Source of the DNA: Blastocystis sp. Blastoise
Lineage: Eukaryota > Protista > Bigyra: Opalinata
DNA: 64,000 bases
Direction: 5' to 3'
Assembly (NCBI GenBank): GCA_039096225.1
Contig: JBBPEB010000015.1
Span: forward strand, 372,001 to 436,000
Part shown: positions 12,181-23,345 of the stretch, in pieces
Layout of the letters: every line of letters starts with the position of its first letter
How positions within the stretch are numbered: the stretch's first letter is position 1
The notes under the pieces: generated by a model
Told to the model about the DNA's origin: nothing
The model's database searches: none
Seen by the model: only the letters and a program-made list of their open reading frames with translations
Program-made: the position numbers and the translations under genes

Positions 12181-15100
12181 ATGAGTCAGTTTTCTGGAAA
12201 GGTTCTCCTTGGGGACTTGAATGATTTCATTAATCCATCATTAGAATGTACAAATCCAATCTTTACTGAAGAAAAAGAGGTGACTTCTGGATCGAAAATC
12301 TCACTTTCTTTCGATTTAGATGATCCTTTCTCAAATGACGTTAAGCCAGATATTATTAAAACAACTGTTAAAAAAGTAGCTACTGTATCTCTAAATGATT
12401 GTCTAGCTTGCAGTGGTTGTGTTACTTCTGCTGAAACTATTTTAATTCAACAACACAATGTCGACGAATTCATCAATATATTAAAGAATAAAGATGATAG
12501 AACTATTGTGATATGCTTATCTCTTCAAGCAGCAGCCAATCTTGCCGAATACTATCATTTGTCTCTTCAGAAATGTCAACGTCTTTTATTCTCTATCTTT
12601 AAAGTATGTTAATGTTTATATTTTGGCTTTAAAAGAATATATCAATTTAGTTTTTAATTAATAACTTTTCTTTTATAGAGATTTGGTGTTGATTACATTT
12701 TAGATTCTTCTTGTGGTGATGAGGTGTCCATGATTGAAGTATATATCTATATAATTACTTGTTAGAAACAATAGATTTAATTAAAAAGACTATTATCTGA
12801 TAATATAGATATTATTGTTTATATTTCTATTTATGAACCTATATATAGACTATTAAGGAATATGAATATCGAAACAAATCATCTCAACCATCAAGATTAC
12901 CGTGGGAAAAAGATCATCCCTCAATAGCTATTAATAGCTCCATGACAATGTAGTTAGTTTATTTATTTATATGTTTATTTATTTATTTTATATGTTTATT
13001 TATTTATATGTTTATTTATTTATTATTTATATTTATTTATTATTTTATTATTTTGTTTACTAATTATATGTTTATTTATTTTCTGTTATGACTATTCTAT
13101 TCTATGATGAACTATTCTATACTATTATTTCCTTTCCATTCTATTCTATAAACTATTCTATACTCTTCCATAGGTACCCCCCTGAGTCTATTCCTTTATC
13201 TTCCCTCTCATCTTTGTCTCCAGTTACTCATGCTTCTCTTATAAAGGATTATATTCAAAAGGGATATATACACAATACTAAGGATTATATTCCTTCTCCT
13301 CTTCTTCCTATGATCACTTCAGCATGTCCTGCGTATATATATATATATATAGTCTTTATTCTATTATATTCTATTGACTCTTGATATAATACATAAAACA
13401 ATAATATATATATATATATATATATAGAATTATATGTTATGGAGAAAAGACGTATCCTGAATTGTTACCTTATTTATCGACTGTAAAATCTCCTCAACAA
13501 GTATATATATATATATATATATATACATCTCTCTATTTCTTCATTATTATAATTTATATTTTTTAGCCAACATTATATACATATATAGATATTATGTACA
13601 TTCCTCAGAGATTATTTTTCGAATATAAATAATGTTTCGGATAATAAGCAGACTCCTATCAATTCTTCCTCTCTTTATATCACATCTATTGTCTCTTGTT
13701 ATGATAAGAAACTCGAAGCAAATAGAGGTGATTTCCGTGGGGATGATGGTGATCGTGAATTGAATTGTGTTCTTACAAGTGCTGAAATAGTAGAAGTATT
13801 AGAAAAGTTACAAGTAGATATACATAACGAAAATGAAATTCAATGTACTAACAAGTATCAATTTCTATTTATTATTTTTATTATTTATTCTAATTTTCTT
13901 CCTTAAAGTATTGTTCATACTTTTTATCTCTTTTCAACTATATCTATATATTGATAGTTTATAATTACTATATCTTTTAGTTTTGAGTATGTTATGACCC
14001 ATGATTATTTCTCTCAATCTACCTCTCTTTCTCTTCCTCCTTCTCTTGGTATTCCGAATCATCTTCAAGAATCTGGAAAGTATATAATGGCATTTATATA
14101 TATTATATTCATATTTATTCTCTATATATATGCATATTTATATCTATTTTTTTTTTTTTTAATTTTTATGCATTTTTATAAGTTTGTATTACTCTTACTA
14201 TACTAATTATAGTTATTTGAATGCATTAATTTCTCATATATATTCCCATTCTCCCGTCCCTTTACAAATCAAGTATAATCATAATCATAATCATAATCAT
14301 AATCATAATCATAATCATAATATTTATAATCATAATCATATATTCATAATCATAATTCATATATGCATAATCATAATCATATATTCATATTCATAATCAT
14401 ATATTCATAATATTTATAATCATATAATCATAATTCATATAGATGGAAACCTGGAAAGAATCCAGATTTTACGGAAATTCAACTTTATGTATATAACATT
14501 CTATGTTTTGATTATATATTCTATTAATTCTTAGAATGGTGATGAATGTGTTTTTAGAGGTTGTTATGTATATGGATATCGAAATCTTCAAAATATTATT
14601 ATGAAAATAAAAGTATTTTTTTGTAATAATTGATTTTTAATAATATTATATACTTTATGAATCTATATAAAAATATACTTTTATATACTATTTATATATT
14701 ATATATTATTCGTATAGAGAAATAATTGTCCATATGATTTTATCGAACTTATGGCTTGTCCCAAGTATATATATATATATATATATATTCTTTCTTATTA
14801 TCTTTATATTCTTTATTTTATTTTATTATACTATTATAGAGGTTGTTTAAATGGAGGTGGCCAAAAGAAAGAAGGAGATTTACTTATAGTTGAAAATATA
14901 CAAGTAAAATTCCACGAACAATCTTATATGAGTAATAATGATACTTATTTACCTTTAGAGAACCCCAGAACAAATATTATTTATCAGTATATCTATATAC
15001 ATTTTATATTAATATTATATTAATAATATTTCAAAAATATTTCAAAAATATTTCAATAACATTTCAATTATTATATTCTCCTTTATTTTTAGGACTTCTG

Positions 15101-15259
15101 CAAATCAACATACAGATCAACCCAATCCTTTTCACACACGTTACCATATATCCTTTCTAATTTACTAATATTATATCATCTATGAGATCAATTCTTATAT
15201 ATATTTTCCTTAATAGTCACGTTGTTGTCACTTCAGAACATAACTCTCTTAATTGGTAA
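12181..15259 (+). CDS. NAR1: Cytosolic Fe-S cluster assembly factor NAR1/NARFL (iron-only hydrogenase-like)
   Basis: DLNDFINPSLEC, VSLNDCLACSGCVTSAE, TSACP, KSPQQ, CYDKKLEA, YGYRNLQN, ELMACPKGCLNGGGQ, HTRYH...NW. Confidence 0.95.
15148..15220 (+). other. U12-type AT-AC intron in NAR1
   Basis: 5' ATATCCTT, branch TTCCTTAAT just upstream of 3' CAC; removal joins HTRYH|VVVTSEHNSLNW*. Confidence 0.9.
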
Positions 15260-15738
15260 TGAAATCTTCTTTATATTCTTATTTAATATATTTTATGGGT
15301 TTTATATGTGTATTCTGTCAATTTAAATATATTTTTAGGGCACGTATACTTAATAAAACAATTTGTTTTGTATTTTGTATTTGTAAAATAACATAAGTCA
15401 ATAAATTTGTTTTTTATCGTACAAGAATACGCTAAATTATCGTAAACAAATATGAAAATAAACCTCAAACAACTCTTAAATATAATTTTTTTAAATATAT
15501 ACCATTCTTTTCATTTTAAAAGCATATTCAGCAATAACTGATCCTCATAATTACATAAACATCGTGTAACCTATAAACTAATACAATGCAATGATTATTT
15601 ATGAGCTTTAATCTTTAGATAATTTTGGAAACAATTCCATGAAAAAATACTTTTTCTTATGAGAAAAATCAAAATAATTATATGGAATAATAGTGATCAA
15701 AATATTTATGAGAAATATAGCTAATTAATCCTAAAAGA

Positions 15739-15749
15739 AGATCACCCTA
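15739..15749 (+). promoter_or_regulatory. AGATCACCCTA motif upstream of RPL27
   Basis: Identical 11-mer at a similar distance upstream of RPS12. Confidence 0.55.
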
Positions 15750-15969
15750 CTTGAACAATTGTCGACTTAGGAATGAATGGCTGGGAATACCCTCGGTAAT
15801 ATATGGTTTTAGCAATATTCCTAAGTCGAGGGTAGACTCTTGCTTTTTTCATTTATAACCTCAAAATAATAGAAGACTTGCTTCTAAATATATTCCATTC
15901 CTGACTTTATTGTTGTAATCGATCATAGTATGTGTTCTTCTAATTTAATTTTATTATATACGTAATTTA

Positions 15970-16407
15970 ATGGCTAAGTTTTTAAAAGCTGGTAAAGTTG
16001 TTGTTGTCTTATCCGGTAGATTTGCTGGTAAGAAGGCCGTCATTGTCAAGGTCAATGAACAAGGTACTAAGACCCACAAGTACCCTCAAGCCGTTGTTGT
16101 TGGTATTGAACGTTATCCTAGAAGAGTCTACAAAGCTATGTCTCAAAAGACCATCAGCAAGCGTTCTTCCATTAAACCTTTCATTAAGTCTATCAACCTT
16201 GCTCACGTCATGCCTACTCGTTACAATTATGATTTAAACCTTAAGGATATCATCCCCGAAAATGGTGTTGTTGCCCCCAGCAAGAAGGCCGCCACCAAGA
16301 AGGCTATTCGTCAAGTCCTCAAGGCTAAATATCTTAATCAAACTAACATTAAGAGTGAAAAGAGCAGAATTGGTGCTGCTTATTTCTTCAAGAAGCTCCG
16401 TTTCTAA
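15970..16407 (+). CDS. RPL27: 60S ribosomal protein L27 (eL27), intronless
   Basis: MAKFLKAGKVVVVLSGRFAGKKAVIV, GIERYP, HVMPTRY, FFKKLRF. Confidence 0.97.
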   Translation: MAKFLKAGKVVVVLSGRFAGKKAVIVKVNEQGTKTHKYPQAVVVGIERYPRRVYKAMSQKTISKRSSIKPFIKSINLAHVMPTRYNYDLNLKDIIPENGVVAPSKKAATKKAIRQVLKAKYLNQTNIKSEKSRIGAAYFFKKLRF

Positions 16408-16580
16408 GCAATTTTAATGATATTTGTCAGGGATCGTTTATATTCACATTGTTTGTTTCTATTTATGTTTCTTATATCTTTATATAATAAACAGTCAATT
16501 AACAAAACTAGGCGAGCTATTTATTATTTTATTCTTAGAATGATACATATACATTTTTATTTTTTTATTTTATATCCTTT

Positions 16581-17266
16581 TCAGAGCATTTGTTTAGGGG
16601 TATATTTTTCACTATTTTGTATCGTTTCATCGGCACCTTTACTGACGAGATAATCATATATTTCTGTTTGTTGATCCATAGCAGCATAATGTAAAGGAGT
16701 ATTACCCATTTCATCACAATCATCAATAGATGCACCTTTATCAACAAGTAATTGAATTGTTTTTAAATTTCCATACGAACATGCTCTCATTAATGGTGTT
16801 ATACCATAATCTCCCTTGATATTAATATTTTTCATATTATCACATAATAATTCTGCTAACTTATAATTTCCTTTAATGTAATGAAGAAGACATTTATTGT
16901 TTTCATCTACAATATTTGGGTTTGCACCAGCTTCTATTAATGTAACTGCATTTTCATATTTTCCACAACTTATAGCACAAAATAAGGGACTCCATCCCAT
17001 CTATAAAATAAATTTAGTAAACATTATAAAAACAAAATGACAGATAATGAACATATTACTTCATCTAATGCATCAATTTCAATTCCTTTCTGACTTATAA
17101 GATAACTTACAAGTTCATTATTGTTTGAAGATGCAGCCCAATGTAATCCTGTACGTTTATCTTCATCACGACTATTAATGTAGAAATGATTATCTTCTAT
17201 TTCATGAATGACTCTATCCGAATTACCATTCATACAAGCTTCAAAAAATGAGTTTTCAAATTCCAT
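16581..17266 (-). CDS. Ankyrin-repeat protein, gankyrin/PSMD10-like (2 exons)
   Basis: RTGLHWAAS, GWSPLFCA, GITPLMRA, GNTPLHYAA repeats; one GT-AG intron before 17000. Confidence 0.8.
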
Positions 17267-17442
17267 ACTTTATAGATATAAGAGAAAAAGATATAAAAAA
17301 GAATTTATTAGTATTTATTAATAAAATATCAATAAACCAAAAGGAAGTGAAGAAAAATTGTAGAACAATTTTTTAAAAAAGAAATAGACTTTCTAAAGAA
17401 AACAAAAAAAATTCAAGTTTGTTTATCATTTATCAAATAGAA

Positions 17443-18038
17443 ATGAAAGGGAATAAGAAGAATAAGAAACAGAATAAGAAACCGATGGATAAGAAGAGTT
17501 CTGTGGAACAGAAGAAAGCTACACAACAAGTGAAGCCTAAACAAATTGTTCCTGAGAATGAGTCTGATTCTGAATCTAGTAGTGGTGATGAAGAATATGC
17601 TATTCGTTATGATAAAACAATTAAAGAAAATAAAGAATTACTTGATGAAATTGATTCTGAGTCTTCTATTGAAGAGACTAATGATATTGAATTTGTCTTT
17701 ACTGATCCAAAGGAAGATGACTTTAAGGCTGTAAGAACATTTATTCAATCAGGTCTTCTTAGTGGAAGTGGGAAAGACATTGATTTTTCTCCTCTTTCTG
17801 ATTATATCTGTGATCAACCAGAAGTCGGTTGTATGGTTAAAGTAGCAGATGAAGAAGATGTATATGGATTTATGACTATTCTTAATGCTTGTGATATTAA
17901 GGTATTTCTTATTCATTCTGTTTCTATATATGTTCTTGAAATATTTTATATTTTTTTTTTAGATTTTATACGGTACATATATTATATATATATGTTCTTG
18001 AAATATTTGTTAATTTTTTTTAGATTTTATTCGTTACA

Positions 18039-18078
<40 letters not shown>

Positions 18079-18401
18079 TTGAAATATTTTTTAATTTTTT
18101 TTAGATTTTATTCGTTACATATATTATATATATATGTTCTTGAAATATTTTTTTAATTCTTATATAGGATAAGTGTTTCAAGCCTATATATAATATATTA
18201 AAGAATAATTGCCCTGATTCAAATAAGACTCAATTCAATCAGTTGATGTCTGATAAAACTACAGGTATATTAATAAATGAACGTATGATCAATTTCCCTC
18301 CTCAATTAATACCCAATATGTTCTCTTCTATTCATGAAGATATCAAATGGGCCACAACAGATAAAGTATAAGCATTATTATTAAGACTCTATGGCTTTAT
18401 T

Positions 18402-18438
<37 letters not shown>

Positions 18439-19010
18439 GATATATTTTTACACTATAAAACATATAATTCGTATATATATATTGATTAGAATAGTATATG
18501 TTATTTGTATTTGCTTCCTATTTATATATTTTCGTTTATTAAAAGCTATATTCATAGGATGTTCAAAATAAGGAATTATTTAAGTTTAAGACAATTATTG
18601 TGATTAGTCCTTGTTACAAACCAGCCAATGAGAAGAAAAATAAGAAACAGAAGAATCAGACTGAAAATCAAAAGACTCTTTTCAGTCACTTTGAAGATGA
18701 AGCCATTCAAAATGTAAACATATACTTATTACTTATTATTATTGATTACTTTATAAACGTTTTTATGATCTATATTGTTATATTTATACTTGTTAATTAT
18801 TATAAATATATGTTTAATATATAATAATATTCTGAATATTTATATATGAATCTCTATCTATAGCATGCTATAATGAATTTTTCATTTGGAGTGAAACAAA
18901 TGGTTGATTCTAATTTATCAGAATCAATTCCTCAATCCAGAAAAGTAATGGCTTTTAATTTATCAGATATGGATACTATCATTCAAGAAATCACAGCTAT
19001 GCTTATATAA
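17443..19010 (+). CDS. BCCIP: BCCIP/Bcp1 ribosome biogenesis factor (4 exons)
   Basis: FVFTDPKEDDF, VGCMVK, DVYGFMTILN, GILINERMINFPPQL, HFEDE. Confidence 0.9.
17929..18155. repeat. Imperfect intronic tandem repeat (3-4 copies of TTCTTGAAATATTT...TTAGATTTTATTCGTTACATAT)
   Basis: Visible repeated units in BCCIP intron 1. Confidence 0.75.
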
Positions 19011-19233
19011 TCTTCTTTAATGCTTTATATATATCTAATACAATTTATACAGAATCTTTGTTTTCCTCTTTATTTACTTTGTTTTCTAATTTGTTGTAAT
19101 TCTCATTTTTATTGTTTATTTCTCTTGTAAATACTTTTGTTGAAATCATAATGCAAATAGAAAATAATATTTAATATATATTTTTTTAAATATACATAAA
19201 AAACAAAGAAAAAAAAAACAAAAATTTAAAAGA

Positions 19234-20801
19234 ATGAAACGAGCGAATAGTCTAGAAGAAGAATCTCAGTATGTGTTTTTACAAGTCTAATGACTATCAG
19301 AAGATCAACTAATATTATTTATACGTTAACAAAAACACATTATATTGCTGATGTGGATTTCATTTAATTTATTTCATTTCATTTTAGAAGAATCCGCCGT
19401 AGCAGTATTGAGAGTTATGATAGTCAAGTATCTGTAAGCGATATTGATGATGATGACTATTCATTGCCTATTCTAGCCTTCAAAGATGAAATTCTAAAGA
19501 CTGTTACACAAAATAAGGTAATAAACGCATACTGTTTATTGTATCTACATGTTTTAGGTCACAATTATTGTTGGTGAAACTGGTTCAGGTAAATCAACTC
19601 AGATTCCTCAATTTCTTATGAATGCAGGGTTATTGAAGGATAGATGTGTTGCTGTGAGTCAACCACGTCGAGTAGCTGCGATTACTCTTGCTCGTCGTGT
19701 CGCTGAAGAAATCAATACTGAATGTGGAAAAGAAGTTGGGTATACTATCCGGTATGACTTCAATTCTTAATTATATAAAAAATTATCTCTAGATTTGATG
19801 ATAACACATGTTCTTCGACACAAATCAAGTATATTACTGATGGCTGCTTAATGCGAGAATGTCTTTCGGATAAACAACTTGAAAAGTATATGAATATTTT
19901 CTACTACTCTTTATATCGATTATCTTTAAAGAATAAGAGCAATATATATATATTTCAAGGAGTTTTTAGTAGTCTCTGTTTTTCTATATCTTTTCTAATT
20001 ATATCCAATTTATTTTTTAATATTTTATCCAATTTATTTTCTTATAATATCCACTTTATTTTCTAAAAAAATTTTCTCTAGAATCTTTATATCTATAGAT
20101 ATTCTTATATTATGATTGATGAAGCTCATGAACGTTCAATACATACAGATATACTTCTTGGTCTTTTAAAGTCCACTATTCTCTCTAGAGACGATGTTCA
20201 CGTTATTATTACTTCCGCTACACTTAATATACAACAATTCGCAGATTTCTACCAGAGTTCCGCGGTTATTCAAGTTCCTGGACGTGTATTTCCTGTAGAT
20301 ATTTTTCACAATAAGAATATTATGACAAGTATATATATATATTAAAATTATATTATTTAATATGTTTGTCTATTTATATATATATAGATGATATCAATCT
20401 AACTATTGAAAAAGGAGTTGAAGTTGTTGAAAAAATACATATTCAAGAACAACCAGGTCATGTTTTATTTTTCCTTCCTGGCCAATCAGATATTGAGATG
20501 GCTTATGGAATGATTTCTGATTGGTACAATGAACAACGACGTAAACACACAAAAAGTATTTATATATGAATATAGTCCTGCAATTATATATATGGTTGTC
20601 TATTCTCTATATATATAGTGATGAAAATGGATTTATTCCAATTATATGGTGCTCTTCCAAGTAATAAACAGAAAGAAGTATATATATATATTATTTTATA
20701 TATATATTTATTATAATATATTTTATATATGTTTTTAATATATAAATATTTTGAATTATGATTTCAATATATAAATGTATTTATTATTATAAAATTATTA
20801 T

Positions 20802-20833
<32 letters not shown>

Positions 20834-21542
20834 GATCTTTAGTCCATCTCCTGATGATACGCGTAAGATTGTACTCTGTACAAATATTTGTGAGACGTCT
20901 ATTACTATTAATGCTGTGCGATATGTCGTGGACAGTGGGTTTAAGAAGGAGAAGGTATATAATGCAAAGGAAGGAATAGAAAAACTAGTCTATACACGTA
21001 TTAGTAAGGTATATATTAATATATATAATGAACTCTTTATATTGTTAATGTATTGTGTATTTTCAAAGTATTTATTTGCTTTTTATATAAAATTATATAT
21101 TGTTATTTATATATAATATAATATAATATAATATAATATAATATAATTTAATAATATATATATATATATATATTTAAGGTGAATGCGGAACAACGTGCAG
21201 GTCGTGCGGGTCGTACTTGCGCGGGAAAGTGTTATCGTATATATAGTACTCAAATAGTAGATATGATGGAAGAACGAGATGTTCCTGAAATACAAAGAGA
21301 TAATCTTATTAATACTGTCCTCTATCTTAAGGTATATTTATATATAAATTATTATGATGATCACTATTATTATTATTATTGAATTAGTGTTATTTTAAGA
21401 ATAAATTGATTCTTTTATGAATATCAATATTTTTCATAATTTATATATAGGTTCTAAATATCGATGATATTTTAAATTTCCCATTTTTAGATCCCCCAGA
21501 ACCCTCTTTCATGAAACTAGCTCTAAAACAACTTTATATGCT

Positions 21543-21614
<72 letters not shown>

Positions 21615-22979
21615 TTATATTTATAGAGTGTATCGATATTCACGGAAAAATCACAGAATTAGGTCGAAAAGTATCCTCTCTTCCTCTTGACCCTACTCTT
21701 GCTAGGTCCTTGTTGATTTCCCATGATTATGATTGTATTGATGAATGTATAAAGATAGCTGCTATGCTATCTGTAGAAAACATATATTATTCTGTGTCAA
21801 ACAATGAAATCCGAACTATGAAAGGTCTTGAAACAAGGCAAACTCAAATAAAATCAATGAATTACCGTGGGGATCAAATCACTTTATTAAACGTGTATTT
21901 TATTATTTTATTATTTTGTTTTTCATTTTTGTTTTTATCATTAATTATATATATATAATTCTTAGTTTCAATAATTATATGAAGAATGGAAGAAGTAGAG
22001 AATGGTGTGAAGAGAATTATGTTCATCAACGAGCTTTAGAGCAAACATATAATATCTATAAACAAATCAAAGAAATCATGCAAACCGTATATATATTACA
22101 TATTATAAATATATTTTCTTATTTATTATTCAATGATTATTAATATCATTATATTTATATATTCTAAAATATTATATTATAATAATTAATACATATTAAT
22201 AACATTATATTTATATATTCTAAAATAGTATATTATAATAATTAATAAATATTAATAACATTATATATATAGACGGATATAAGCATTCAACCTTCTTCTC
22301 TTCCTCTCAATACATTATATGATAATATAAGTACTGCTCTTTGTAAAGGATATATGTTTAATATAGGGAAACGTCTTATGAATGGGATGTATCGAACTGT
22401 AGTAGATCTTCATGAAGGAGGAGGAACTAGGTATATTCTCAAAACATTTCTCTATTATATATTCTTTTAAATTACATTTATTTCATTTATATAATTTCAT
22501 TTTTTTCTTCTTGAATTTTATATTTATGTATTTAGAATTGGATTATTACATCCATCATCCGCATTATCTTTCTTAGGACAAACACCTGAATATATTGTCT
22601 TTAATGAAATCGTTCAAACATCAAAATTGTTTTTCAGAAACTGTATAGAAGTCAATGAAAATACAGTTATTGATGTCTGTAAGAAAATCCAAGAAATACG
22701 AGACACTGTTTTTGACCCAGATGATAACAAGGACTTTATTTTAGATCCAAAAGATATAGTTACAACTGAGATTCCTGTAGAAATGCCAGAAAAAAAAATT
22801 GAACCCATTGTTAATAAATCTTCTGTAACTCAAGATATGTTTTTTATAATTAAAGATATTCATATTTAATTGAAAATCACACATTTTATTACTTAGATAT
22901 GTTGAATGCTGCTCGTGAGAGATATCTCAAGAAGAAGATGGAGGAAGAAGCAAAAAAAAAACAAAAAAAAAGAAAATAA
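19234..22979 (+). CDS. DHX40: DEAH-box RNA helicase, DHX40-like (about 14 exons)
   Basis: GETGSGKSTQ, SQPRRVAA, TDGCLMRE, DEAHERS, TSATL, TNICETSIT, QRAGRAGR, LHPSS; C-terminal AARERYLKKK resembles the DHX40 tail. Confidence 0.8.
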
Positions 22980-23345
22980 ATATGCATCTTCAAATAAATA
23001 ACGAATTCTCATTTTTATTCTTATCATTTATTAACTTGTTATTGTTATATAAAATAAAAACGGATTTTGTTTGTTTTCATTTGTCATGATTGACGCGTTT
23101 ACTGTCATGGAGAAGAGGGAAAAGAGGAATGGGTAATTTTTAAAAATCTTCGCTCTATAGGTTCTCCAAAAGAGCGTCATTTCTATGACATAGCCCTATG
23201 ACATTTCGAGAAAATTGGTTCATCCAATCAGATATTGGGCAACAATTCTCAACAAAGAGCCAAATGATGAGTTCTTTGGTTTCTAGGAGTTTTATTGAGA
23301 TATCGCTTTTTTCCATATTTTTCTTATCATATCTAGAACAAAACC

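Noticed and set aside
12181-15259. [FeFe]-hydrogenase
   Set aside because: The N-terminal DFINPSLEC/LNDCLACSGC and terminal Trp are diagnostic of Nar1/CIAO3, not the catalytic enzyme.
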